NCBI GenBank assembly: GCA_040223615.1 | Contig: JAVKFY010000036.1 | Location: 11,596-75,595, forward strand | From: Alphaproteobacteria bacterium | GTDB lineage: Bacteria; Pseudomonadota; Alphaproteobacteria; GCA-2731375 | Length of the DNA stretch: 64,000 nucleotides | Direction: 5' to 3' | In this document: in pieces, positions 10,850 to 19,625 of the stretch | Position numbering within the stretch: position 1 is the first letter of the stretch | Layout of the letters: each line of letters opens with the position of its first letter | The notes under the pieces: generated by a model | What the model saw: only the letters and a program-made list of their open reading frames with translations | Told to the model about the DNA's origin: nothing | Database searches by the model: none | Position numbers and translations under genes: made by a program

Positions 10850-11071
10850 CTAACCGGCGACGACGCCGGCCACTTCGTCGTCGGTCGGAAACCGGCCGAG
10901 CGACTTCTTGGAGAACCGCAGGTCGCCGTCGACGACAATCTCGAACACGCCGCCCGAGCCTTTCTTCAGCGCCACCTCGGCGCCGTGACGATCGACCAGG
11001 ATGTCCCTCGCACGGAGGGCACGCGGTTCGTAGTTTCAACTCACGCAGTATTCGATCTCAATCTTCGCCAT
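10850..11071 (-). CDS. SelW/SelT/SelH (Rdx) family selenoprotein, 73 aa, Sec at codon 12
   Basis: MAKIEIEYCVS-U-NYEPRALRARDILVDRHGAEVALKKGSGGVFEIVVDGDLRFSKKSLGRFPTDDEVAGVVAG*. CxxU motif, GxFEI(V)xVDG and GRFP Rdx signatures; AAAGGAG RBS; TGA at 11038-11036. Confidence 0.92.
11002..11021 (-). promoter_or_regulatory. Putative bacterial SECIS hairpin
   Basis: UG-CCCUC-[CGUGC]-GAGGG-ACA stem-loop; the GU-containing loop starts about 21 nt 3' of the UGA. Confidence 0.7.
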
Positions 11072-11133
11072 GGAAGTCTCCTTTGGCTGTGCCGACTCCT
11101 GTGCCAGAGCCGGCCGGCGATGGCAAGCCGGGC

Positions 11134-11796
11134 TCAGTCGGCGGCGTCAGCGGCCAGCGCGACATAAGGCGCCATCGGCAACACCTCCTCGCCACGGACC
11201 AACGGCATGCAGTCGGGCGGGTAGTCCTGGCGGAAGCGACCGCCGGCCTCACGCACGGTCTCGATGAAGCGGTCGAGGTGCGCCATGGCGCCGCCCGGCA
11301 GGTCGTGCAGCACCACCAACGACCAGGGCAGCGGCCGCATCAGCTCGCGTGCGCGCGTCGGCCAGCCGTCGGCGTCCTCCCAATCGCGGGGGATCACGTT
11401 CCACAACACGCACGTGAAGCCGCCGGCCTTCAGACATGACAGCGCTTCCGGGCTCAGCAGGTGCCGGCCGATAGCGCCGCCACCGCCGAACGGGCGGAAC
11501 AGCTTGTCGGGGTGGGCGAGATCGCCGATCAACGCCTGGGTGCGCTCGATCTCGTCGACACCACGACCTGCCTCGCCCAGCCGACCCAGCGGCGTTTCAT
11601 GCGAATAGGTGTGGTTGGCGATCCAGTGGCCCTCGGCCGCGGCGCGCTGCGCCAGCGCCTGTCCCGCCGGCTCGGCCAGCTTGCGGCCGAGCACGAAGAA
11701 CGTGGCTGCCACGTCGCGGCGCGCCAGCGTGCGAAGGACTTGCGGCGTGGCGTCCGGGTCCGGGCCGTTGTCGAATGTGAGGGTGACGTCGAACAT
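11134..11796 (-). CDS. Polysaccharide deacetylase (CE4/NodB) family protein
   Basis: LTFDNGP, ATFFVLG, NHTYSH, FRPFGG, VVLHD. Confidence 0.85.
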   Translation of the reverse strand: MFDVTLTFDNGPDPDATPQVLRTLARRDVAATFFVLGRKLAEPAGQALAQRAAAEGHWIANHTYSHETPLGRLGEAGRGVDEIERTQALIGDLAHPDKLFRPFGGGGAIGRHLLSPEALSCLKAGGFTCVLWNVIPRDWEDADGWPTRARELMRPLPWSLVVLHDLPGGAMAHLDRFIETVREAGGRFRQDYPPDCMPLVRGEEVLPMAPYVALAADAAD

Positions 11797-11845
11797 CGCT
11801 TCTTATACGACGGGAGCGGGCGTCGACGATGAGGAGAATGCGCAC

Positions 11846-12817
11846 ATGCAGCAGCGCCAGCTTGGCCGCTTCGGGCGGGTCTCGGTGCTGACCCTGGGCG
11901 GCGGCGGCCTGGGTCAGCTCTGGGGCGAGACCAGCCGCGCCGAATGCGTCGCCACGGTGCGGGCAGCGGTCGATGCCGGCATCGACCTGCTCGACCTGGC
12001 ACCGCGCTATGGCGACGGCGAGGCCGAACGCGTCGTCGGCGCGGCCTTCGAGGGCAAGCTGCCGGCCGGCGTGCGGGTCACCTCGAAGTGCCTGCTGGGC
12101 GATACGCCGCCGGCCGAGGTCGAAGCCAGGCTGCGGCAGTCGCTGGCCGACAGCCTGGACCGCCTGCGGCTGCCCCGCCTCGACCTGTTCTTCCTGCACT
12201 CCAACATCGTGCCCGACGACCACGAGATGCGGCGCGGGCCACTGGCCGCCCAGCGCGCGACGCCGATCTCGACCTATCGCGAGGCGGTACGCCCGGCGAT
12301 GGCGAAGTTCGTCGCCGAAGGGCTCGTCGCGCACTGGGGCATCACCGCCATCGGCCACCCCGACGCGCTCGAACAGGCGCTGGCCGAGGATCCGAAGCCG
12401 ACGGCGGCGCAGTGCATTGGCAATCCGCTGGATTCCGCCGGCGAGCTGCAATTCTTCGATGGCGCGTTGCGGCCGCGCGACGTCATTGCGACCGCAAACG
12501 CGAACGGCGTCGGGGTGCTGGGTATCCGCGCGGTGCAGGGCGGCGCGCTGACCGAAAGTCTGGACCGTGACCTGCCGGCCGAGCACGGCGTGGTCCGCGA
12601 CTTCGCCCGCGCCGCTCGGTTCCGCGCGCTGGCGGCCGAGCTGGGCGAACCAGCGGCACGGCTGGCGCACCGCTATGCGCTGTCGATGGACGGCATCGCC
12701 ACGGTGGTGCTGGGGGTGAAGAACCGTGCCGAGCTGGCCGACTGCGTGGCGGCGGCCGAGGCCGGGCCCCTGCCCGCCGACACGATCGCGCGGATCGACG
12801 CCAGTGTCGCGCCATGA
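11846..12817 (+). CDS. Aldo/keto reductase
   Basis: MQQRQLG start, LDLAPRYGDGEAE, TSK, LDLFFLH tetrad; GAGGAG RBS. Confidence 0.88.
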   Translation: MQQRQLGRFGRVSVLTLGGGGLGQLWGETSRAECVATVRAAVDAGIDLLDLAPRYGDGEAERVVGAAFEGKLPAGVRVTSKCLLGDTPPAEVEARLRQSLADSLDRLRLPRLDLFFLHSNIVPDDHEMRRGPLAAQRATPISTYREAVRPAMAKFVAEGLVAHWGITAIGHPDALEQALAEDPKPTAAQCIGNPLDSAGELQFFDGALRPRDVIATANANGVGVLGIRAVQGGALTESLDRDLPAEHGVVRDFARAARFRALAAELGEPAARLAHRYALSMDGIATVVLGVKNRAELADCVAAAEAGPLPADTIARIDASVAP

Positions 12818-12896
12818 ACGCCTGGCGCGTCGCCTGCGCCGCGCCAGGCTGGACACGGCCTGCTTGTGGCGTTGACGGCGTGCTGTTGCGCGCCGC

Positions 12897-13652
12897 CTAG
12901 CCCAGGCTGGCGTAGCCGCCGTCGACCTCGATCGCGGTGCCGGTGACGAAGTCGGACGCGGCGCTGGCCAGGAACACCGCGATGCCGGCGAAGTCCTCGA
13001 TCGCGCCCCAGCGCCCGGCCGGCGTGCGGCGAAGCACGTTGTCATGCAGTTCGGTGAGCTGCTGGCGCGCGCGCTGGGTCAGCGGGGTATCGATCCAGCC
13101 CGGCAGGAAGCAGTTCACCTGAATATTGTCCACCGCCCAGGCGGTCGCCAGCGACTTGGTCATCTGCACCATGCCGCCCTTCGACGCGCCGTAGGCCGCG
13201 GCGAAGGGCAGGCCGAAGATCGAGGCCATGGAGCCGTTGTTCATGATCTTGCCGCCGCCGGCCTTCTTCATGTGCGGATAAACCGCCTGGCTGGCCAGGA
13301 AGGCGCTGGTCAGGTTGGTGTCGATCACGGTGTGCCAGTCGGCGACCTTCATGTCCTCCGGCCGGCCGCGGATGTTGGTGCCGGCGTTGTTGACCAGGAT
13401 GTCGACTCCGCCGAGCTGGTCGACGGTGGCGGCGACCATGTTCTCGATCGCTGTCGGGTCGGTGACGTCGGTGGCCACGGAGATCGCCTTGTCGCCGAGC
13501 GAGGGCAGCACCGACTTGGCGCGTTCCTGGTCGCGGGCGGCGATCGCCACGGTGGCCCCGGCCTCGGCCAGGCCGCGCGCCATCCCGAGTCCGATGCCGC
13601 TGTTGCCGCCGGTGACCAGCGCCACCTTGCCCGTCAGATCGAAGAGTTTCAT
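12897..13652 (-). CDS. Short-chain dehydrogenase/reductase (KduD/gluconate dehydrogenase-like)
   Basis: TGGNSGIG, NNAG, YGASK, VDGG. Confidence 0.9.
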   Translation of the reverse strand: MKLFDLTGKVALVTGGNSGIGLGMARGLAEAGATVAIAARDQERAKSVLPSLGDKAISVATDVTDPTAIENMVAATVDQLGGVDILVNNAGTNIRGRPEDMKVADWHTVIDTNLTSAFLASQAVYPHMKKAGGGKIMNNGSMASIFGLPFAAAYGASKGGMVQMTKSLATAWAVDNIQVNCFLPGWIDTPLTQRARQQLTELHDNVLRRTPAGRWGAIEDFAGIAVFLASAASDFVTGTAIEVDGGYASLG

Positions 13653-13707
13653 CGCCTCGTCGCTCCCATGCCTTTGTTGGACGGGAGCCTATCGCGGCCG
13701 GCGCGGC

Positions 13708-14976
13708 TTAGGCGAGGCTTTCGGCCGCGTTGGCGAGTTGGCGCAGCAGGCTTTGGGCATCGCCGGTCGGTGCGGCGCTCAGCGCCGGCCGCGGCGGCGG
13801 CAGCTCGATCGCGGCCGGCGGTGCCAGGCCGTCGTGGGCGCGCCACAGCGCCGCCTCCAGCAGCGGCTTTTCGACCGGCTTGGCGACGAAATCGTCCATG
13901 CCGGCGGCCAGGAAACGGTCGCGGTCGTCGGGCATCGCCTCGGCGGTCAGCGCCACGATCCGCAGCTCGGCGAAAACGCCGCCCAGCGAGCGAATCGCGC
14001 GGGTCGCGGCGATGCCGTCCATCTCGGGCATCTGGATGTCCATCAGCACCGCGTCGTACGCGCCTTCGCGCACTGCCTCGACCGCCGCGCGGCCGTCGCC
14101 GACAATGTCGACAACGTGGCCCATGCGGCCCAGCATGGCGCCGATCACGGTCTGGTTGACCGGGTGATCCTCGGCCAGCAGCAGCTTCATCGGCGGCGCC
14201 GGTCCGGCGGCCGGTAGCACCGGCTTCGGTACCATCGCCTCGGCATCGAGCGGCAGCTTGAACCAGACCCGGGTGCCGTTGCCTTCGTTGCTCTCCAGGC
14301 CGATCTCGCCGCCCATCAGACGCACCAGTCCGCGACAGATCGCCAGGCCCAGCCCGGTCCCGCCAAAGCGCCGGCGGGTGTCGGACGCGGCCTGGTGGTA
14401 GGGCTCGAACAGGTCCACCTGCTGCGCCGCCGGAATGCCGACGCCGGTATCGGCGACCGCGAACATCAAGCCGCCGTCGAGCGGCCGCATCGACAGGCTC
14501 ACGCCGCCGGTCTCGGTGAACTTGATGGCATTGGACAGCAGGTTGACCAGTATCTGACGCAGCCGACCCGCATCGCCCACCACCGAATCCCGACAGGCCG
14601 GGTCGACATCCAAACGCAGCCGCAAACCCTTGTCCTCGGCCGCCAGCCGCCAGATCGAAACAATCTCGTCCAGTAGCGCGCGCGGCTCGAAGGGGGCGAT
14701 TTCCAGTTCCCAGCGCCCGGATTCGATCTTCGACAGGTCGAGGATGTCGTTCAGCAACCGCTGCATCGCCTCGCCGGAGGCGACTATGGTGTCGATCAGG
14801 CGTCGTTGCTCGGGTTCCAGGCCGGTGCCGCTCAGCAGCTCGGCGGCGCCAAGTATGCCGGTCATCGGCGTCCGCAGCTCGTGGCTGATCGAGGCCAGGA
14901 AGGCCAGCGCGCCGCCGCCCGTCGGCGACGCCGCGACGGCCGACTCGGCGTCTGGATTCTTGAGTTGGCTGACCAC
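13708..14976 (-). CDS. Cytoplasmic hybrid histidine kinase-response regulator
   Basis: SHELRTP H-box, NLLSNAIKFT, DTGVGI, GGTGLGL, receiver LMDIQMPEMDG; GTG start after AGGAG. Confidence 0.9.
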   Translation of the reverse strand: MVSQLKNPDAESAVAASPTGGGALAFLASISHELRTPMTGILGAAELLSGTGLEPEQRRLIDTIVASGEAMQRLLNDILDLSKIESGRWELEIAPFEPRALLDEIVSIWRLAAEDKGLRLRLDVDPACRDSVVGDAGRLRQILVNLLSNAIKFTETGGVSLSMRPLDGGLMFAVADTGVGIPAAQQVDLFEPYHQAASDTRRRFGGTGLGLAICRGLVRLMGGEIGLESNEGNGTRVWFKLPLDAEAMVPKPVLPAAGPAPPMKLLLAEDHPVNQTVIGAMLGRMGHVVDIVGDGRAAVEAVREGAYDAVLMDIQMPEMDGIAATRAIRSLGGVFAELRIVALTAEAMPDDRDRFLAAGMDDFVAKPVEKPLLEAALWRAHDGLAPPAAIELPPPRPALSAAPTGDAQSLLRQLANAAESLA

Positions 14977-15129
14977 GTGAACGCAGCTCCTGCGCGGCCG
15001 GGAGGTTTCCAGCGGCAATTCTCCCGCCCCGCGGTTAAGGTTTGTTAAAGCCGTGCGCCGCCGGGCCAGTTCTGGCTATCATGCGTGGCGCCAACAACGC
15101 CCAAGCGGACAGCTATTCGAGACCCCAAC

Positions 15130-17121
15130 ATGCCTGACTCGTCGACGCGCATCCTGGAACTCGGCAACAGCACGCGTGGTTTTGCCGACCGGCGCGAACC
15201 GTTCACCGGCGATGCCGACCTTGCCGAAGCCGGCGTCGTGGTTATGCACTTCGCCGAACTGGGCAATCTGTTTGCGCAGCTCGTCGGCCAGGACAAGGAA
15301 GCGGCCTGGCCGCGCGTGCAGGCCGGCATGAAGCGGCTGGAGGACTACCTGGAGGGTGGTGGCACGTTGATCGCCGTGCCGGTGGCGACCTCCTCGGCCT
15401 ATTACGGCGCGCAGCCGTATGTGAAGGAGCTGATCGGCTGGGCCCAGCGCATCATTGGCGCGGAACCGAAGCACAAGACCGGTCAGCAGGTGATCGCCGG
15501 CGACGACCCCGCCTATCGCGCCTTCTTCGAGAAGATGGGCGCCGCGCTCTATCACACCATGTACCTCGACAATCCCGGCGGGCCGGTCGGCCTGATGGTG
15601 CCGGAGGGGCACGAGTGCCTGGCGACGCACCGCTGGGTCGGCGAGAATGGACTGGTCCTGGCGCTGCCGGAAGTGAAGAACCCGGAGAAACGCCGCGAGT
15701 ATGTCGACGCCGCCGTCGCGCTGACCCGAGCATTGCGCGACGAGACCGGCCGGCCGGCAGCGACCATCGCCGCAGGCCCGGCGGTCAGTGACCCAGGTGA
15801 CGATGACGATGGCCCCGGAATCGACGTGTCCGAGCCCAGCGATCGGTCCAGCGGCGCCATCGGCCCCCTGGAACGGTTGCTGCATTCGGTGCGCGCCGCC
15901 AGCCGCACCTCCGAGGCCGACAACGACGACGACGACGAAACCGACGACGATCTCGGTGCCGCCCCGGCGCTGACCGACGACGAAGCCGAAGACGACGCAC
16001 CGACGCCGGCGGTGACCACGGCCGCCGAGATCGCCGCCGAGATCGCCAACGACGAAGCCGATGTCGAAGCCCAGGCGTCGCCGCCTGTCGCGCACGAAGA
16101 GCAAGTCGAGGACGCGGCGCCTGAACCGGAGCCCGAGCCCGAACCTGAACCCGTGCTTGAAGCGGACGACGAGGAGGAAGAGCCGCTCGAGTTGACCGAG
16201 CAGGTCGCGCCCTCGCCGCCACCGGCCGTCGACGAAGACGATGAGGACGCGGCGTCCGCCGAGACGGAGGTGGCGGAAGAACTCCCCGAAGCGGACGAAC
16301 CGGAGGAGGACGAGCCGGAGGAGGTCGCGGCCGAAGCTGACGAGCCGGTGCCGGAACCGCCGTCGCCATCGCCGCCGCCGGCCAACGACGACCGTGCCGC
16401 AACGATGACGACCGTCGAACGCAGCGCCCGCGTGGAGCCGCTGAAGCACGGCCCGCGGCGGGTCGCGGCGGAAGACTGGTCGGACAATTTCCTGCTGCCA
16501 GCCGATGCCGAGATCGCGCAGTCGATCATGGCCATCGAGGAGCAGATCGCCGCGCTGCAGACGCAACAGAAACAGCTGCGCCAGCAGATCGTCGCCGGCA
16601 AGCACCGCAAGGCGCTGATCGCGGCGCAGGGCGATGGGTTCGCCGCCGCCGCGCGCGAGGCCTTCGAGGAACTGGGCTACAAGGTCGAGCGCGCCGGCAA
16701 CGGCGACAACGCCTTTCTGCTGAACCACGCATCCAGCCCGGACCGCCCGCTGATCGCCTATTGCAACGGCAGCGTCGGCGCCATCGCCGACCGCGAGGTG
16801 ATCGCTCGACTGCTGCACCTGGAAGCGGCCTTCTTCGCTACCCATGGCGAGTTGCCGAAAATGCTGGCGGTACTGAACGGACATGCCGGCCGGCCGCTCG
16901 ATGCCCGCGACCTGTCACCGGCGACGCAGTTCGGCGACGGGCTGGTCAAGCTCGGGACACAGCGCGGCTGGTGCGTGATGAGCGGGCTACAGCTCATGGG
17001 GATGACGCTGGCCGGCGAACAGTCGCCGGAGCGGCGCGAGGAACTGGCCGGCCAGGTCGCCGGCGGCAGCGGTCCGCTCGACGCCTTCGAGGACTGGACC
17101 GAGTTCCTGGTCAGAACCTGA
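15130..17121 (+). CDS. Hypothetical protein: two globular domains separated by a long acidic Asp/Glu/Pro-rich linker
   Basis: Long ORF with typical codon bias; EPEPEPEPEP and acidic runs; coiled coil followed by an alpha/beta C-terminal domain. Confidence 0.75.
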   Translation: MPDSSTRILELGNSTRGFADRREPFTGDADLAEAGVVVMHFAELGNLFAQLVGQDKEAAWPRVQAGMKRLEDYLEGGGTLIAVPVATSSAYYGAQPYVKELIGWAQRIIGAEPKHKTGQQVIAGDDPAYRAFFEKMGAALYHTMYLDNPGGPVGLMVPEGHECLATHRWVGENGLVLALPEVKNPEKRREYVDAAVALTRALRDETGRPAATIAAGPAVSDPGDDDDGPGIDVSEPSDRSSGAIGPLERLLHSVRAASRTSEADNDDDDETDDDLGAAPALTDDEAEDDAPTPAVTTAAEIAAEIANDEADVEAQASPPVAHEEQVEDAAPEPEPEPEPEPVLEADDEEEEPLELTEQVAPSPPPAVDEDDEDAASAETEVAEELPEADEPEEDEPEEVAAEADEPVPEPPSPSPPPANDDRAATMTTVERSARVEPLKHGPRRVAAEDWSDNFLLPADAEIAQSIMAIEEQIAALQTQQKQLRQQIVAGKHRKALIAAQGDGFAAAAREAFEELGYKVERAGNGDNAFLLNHASSPDRPLIAYCNGSVGAIADREVIARLLHLEAAFFATHGELPKMLAVLNGHAGRPLDARDLSPATQFGDGLVKLGTQRGWCVMSGLQLMGMTLAGEQSPERREELAGQVAGGSGPLDAFEDWTEFLVRT

Positions 17122-17128
17122 GCCGGGC

Positions 17129-18280
17129 TCACGCCGCCTCGTGCAACGCCGCCAGCGCGCGATCGATATCGTCGTCGTCGTTGTAAAGGTGCGGCGCCAG
17201 CCGTAGCGCGCCGGCGCGCGAGGCCACGTAGATCCCCTGATCAAGCAACGCGCGGTGGATGGCGGCATTGCGGGCGCTATCGCGGTGGCCGAAGTAGACC
17301 AGCGTGGAGCGGCGCTCGCCGGGTTCGGTCGGGCTAGTGACGACGAAACGCTCGCGATCGAGGCCGTCCAGGAAGCGTTGCACCAGCGCCTGGTCGTGAT
17401 CGCGGATCGGCACCGGGCCGAGCGCCGTCAGGTGTTCCACCGCGACGCGGAACGGCACGAAGTTGAAGAAGTTGGCGGTGCCGAAGACGTCGTAGCCCCG
17501 CGCGCCCAGACCATCGCGGATCTCCACGTCGCCGACCGCGCCGGCTAGGTCCGCCGCGGTCTGCTGCGCCAGCCAGTAGGCCTTGGTGCGCGACAGCCGC
17601 GCGGCAAGATCAGGCGCTATCCAGGCAAAGCCGCTGCCGTAGGGGCCGCACAGCCACTTGAAGCCGACCGAGACGAAGGCGTCGACCGGCGCCGTGGCCA
17701 GGTCGACCGGACGCGCGCCCAGCGCCTGCGAACCGTTGACAACGAAGGCGACGCCGTGGTCCCGGCACACCGCTCCCAGGCCCGCCAAGTCGACGGCGTA
17801 GCCGGAGAAGGAGTGCACCCAGGTGGTACAGAACAGCCGGGTCGCGGGGCCGATGGCGGCGGCCAGTTCGTCCGGCTCGACCACGCGGCCGCGCGGCCGG
17901 ATGCGGGTGACCTTGATGCCGTGCCGGCGTTCGGCCAGCAGCCAGGGCAGGATGTCGGACGGGAAGTCGCCGGCCATCACCAGCACCTCGTCGCCCTCGC
18001 GCCAGGGATAGGCGGTGGCGATCAGGTTCAGGCCGTAGGACGCGCTGTTGGACAGCACGACCTGATCGTCGGGCACGTTCACCAGCCGCGCCAGTGCCGC
18101 GCGCAACTTCGCAGGAGTCTCGTCGAACCGCGCCTGGGTCAGCTCGAACGGCATGGTCTTCCAGGCCACCGCCTCGCGCGCCGCCTCGGCCGCGGCAAGC
18201 GGCAGCGCACCCTGGTGCGCGGTGTTCAGCCAGGTGCGGCCCGCGAAATCGCCGAAGCCGGGAAACCTGCTCATGATCAA
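17129..18280 (-). CDS. Aminotransferase class V PLP enzyme
   Basis: WLNTAHQG, NGSQALG, GFKWLCGPYG, LRLAPHLYN. Confidence 0.88.
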   Translation of the reverse strand: MIMSRFPGFGDFAGRTWLNTAHQGALPLAAAEAAREAVAWKTMPFELTQARFDETPAKLRAALARLVNVPDDQVVLSNSASYGLNLIATAYPWREGDEVLVMAGDFPSDILPWLLAERRHGIKVTRIRPRGRVVEPDELAAAIGPATRLFCTTWVHSFSGYAVDLAGLGAVCRDHGVAFVVNGSQALGARPVDLATAPVDAFVSVGFKWLCGPYGSGFAWIAPDLAARLSRTKAYWLAQQTAADLAGAVGDVEIRDGLGARGYDVFGTANFFNFVPFRVAVEHLTALGPVPIRDHDQALVQRFLDGLDRERFVVTSPTEPGERRSTLVYFGHRDSARNAAIHRALLDQGIYVASRAGALRLAPHLYNDDDDIDRALAALHEAA

Positions 18281-18284
18281 CGCG

Positions 18285-19625
18285 TCATTGCTGGGTCAGG
18301 CGGAATTCGATGCGCCGGTTGCGGCGCAATTCGTCGCGCGTGTTGCCTTCCGCGATCGGGTGGAACTCGCCCAGGCCGGCGGCCATCAGGCGCTGTGGCG
18401 AAACGCCCTGCCGGACCAGAAAGCGCACCACCTCGGTCGCGCGCGCGGTCGACAGTTCCCAGTTCGAGGGGAACTGCTCGTTGCGGATCGGGCGGCTGTC
18501 GGTGTGGCCGTCGACCCGCAGGATCCAGTTGATATCGGTCGGAATCTCGCGCGCGATCTCCTGCAACGTATCGGAGAACCGTGTCATCTGGCGCCGGCCG
18601 GCCGGGCCGAGCCGCGCCTCGCCGCTGGCGAACAGCACCTCCGACTGGAACACGAAGCGGTCGCCGATTACGGCGATGTCGTCGCGGTCGCCCAGCGCCT
18701 CGCGCAGCCGGCCGAAGAACTCGGAGCGGTAGCGCGCCAACTCCAGGGTCTTCGCCGCCAGCGCCTTGTTGAGACGCTTTTCCAGCGCGAAGATCACGTC
18801 CTGCTGGTCCTTGCTGCGCGCTTCGGAGGCTTCAAGAACTTCATTCAATATCGCAAGTTGCTGCCGTAATTCGTTGAGTTGCCAATTCAATGTGTCGACC
18901 TTGGCCTGCGCGACATCGGCCAACGCGTCGCTCTCGCCGACCCGTGCCTGCAAGCCGTCGCGCTCGGCGGTCAATGCGTCGACCTCGGCCCGCGCGCCAT
19001 CCAGCTCGGCGCGCAGCTTGCGCATCTCCGCCAGGGTCACGCGCAGTTCGCGACCGGCCTCGGCACTTTCGCGACGCAGCGCCGCCAGATCCTCGCTGAA
19101 ACCCTCGCGCGCGTCGCGCTCGACCAGCAGCATCGCCGACAGGTTGGCGACCTGCTTCTCCAGTTCCTCCACGACCCGGTTGCGCTCGCTCTTGGCCGCC
19201 GCCAGTTCGGACGCGGCGGCCTGTTTCTCCTGCTCCAGCAGCGCGGTGAGGCGGGTGACCTCGGCCTGCAACTCGGCCAGTTCGCGACGCGAGCCGGCAA
19301 GGCTGTCGCGCAGTCCCTGCCCTTCCTTCTCCAGCGTATCGAGGTTGCTGCGCAGTTCCTTGGCGTCACCACGCAGCGCCTCGCTCTCTTGCTGGCGGTC
19401 ATCGAGGCGGTCGATCGCCTGGTCGACCTGGTTCTGCAGGAAGTCGAGCGCGGCGCCGCTGGCGCCGGCATCCTGGTTCAGCTTCGAGAGCCTGCCCTGG
19501 ATACGGTCGATCAGGCCCTGCAGATCGGCCGGCGGTGTCGCGGCTTCGTCGTCGGCCGCGCGCACCGGCCCCGCCGCCAGCAGCAGCGCCAGGATCAGCC
19601 CAAGGGTGGCCGCCGGTCGGCCCAA
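18285..19625 (-). CDS. Peptidoglycan-binding OmpA/MotB-domain protein with long coiled coil
   Basis: GDRFVFQSEVLF, LRVDGHTD, NWELSTARA, NRRIEF; TTG start 7 nt after GGAGGAGG, followed by a signal peptide. Confidence 0.85.
   Translation of the reverse strand: MGRPAATLGLILALLLAAGPVRAADDEAATPPADLQGLIDRIQGRLSKLNQDAGASGAALDFLQNQVDQAIDRLDDRQQESEALRGDAKELRSNLDTLEKEGQGLRDSLAGSRRELAELQAEVTRLTALLEQEKQAAASELAAAKSERNRVVEELEKQVANLSAMLLVERDAREGFSEDLAALRRESAEAGRELRVTLAEMRKLRAELDGARAEVDALTAERDGLQARVGESDALADVAQAKVDTLNWQLNELRQQLAILNEVLEASEARSKDQQDVIFALEKRLNKALAAKTLELARYRSEFFGRLREALGDRDDIAVIGDRFVFQSEVLFASGEARLGPAGRRQMTRFSDTLQEIAREIPTDINWILRVDGHTDSRPIRNEQFPSNWELSTARATEVVRFLVRQGVSPQRLMAAGLGEFHPIAEGNTRDELRRNRRIEFRLTQQ

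Noticed and set aside
11090-11106. TGGCAC upstream of the selenoprotein as a sigma54 promoter
   Set aside because: GG-to-GC spacing is 11 rather than 10, and the -12 element is poor.
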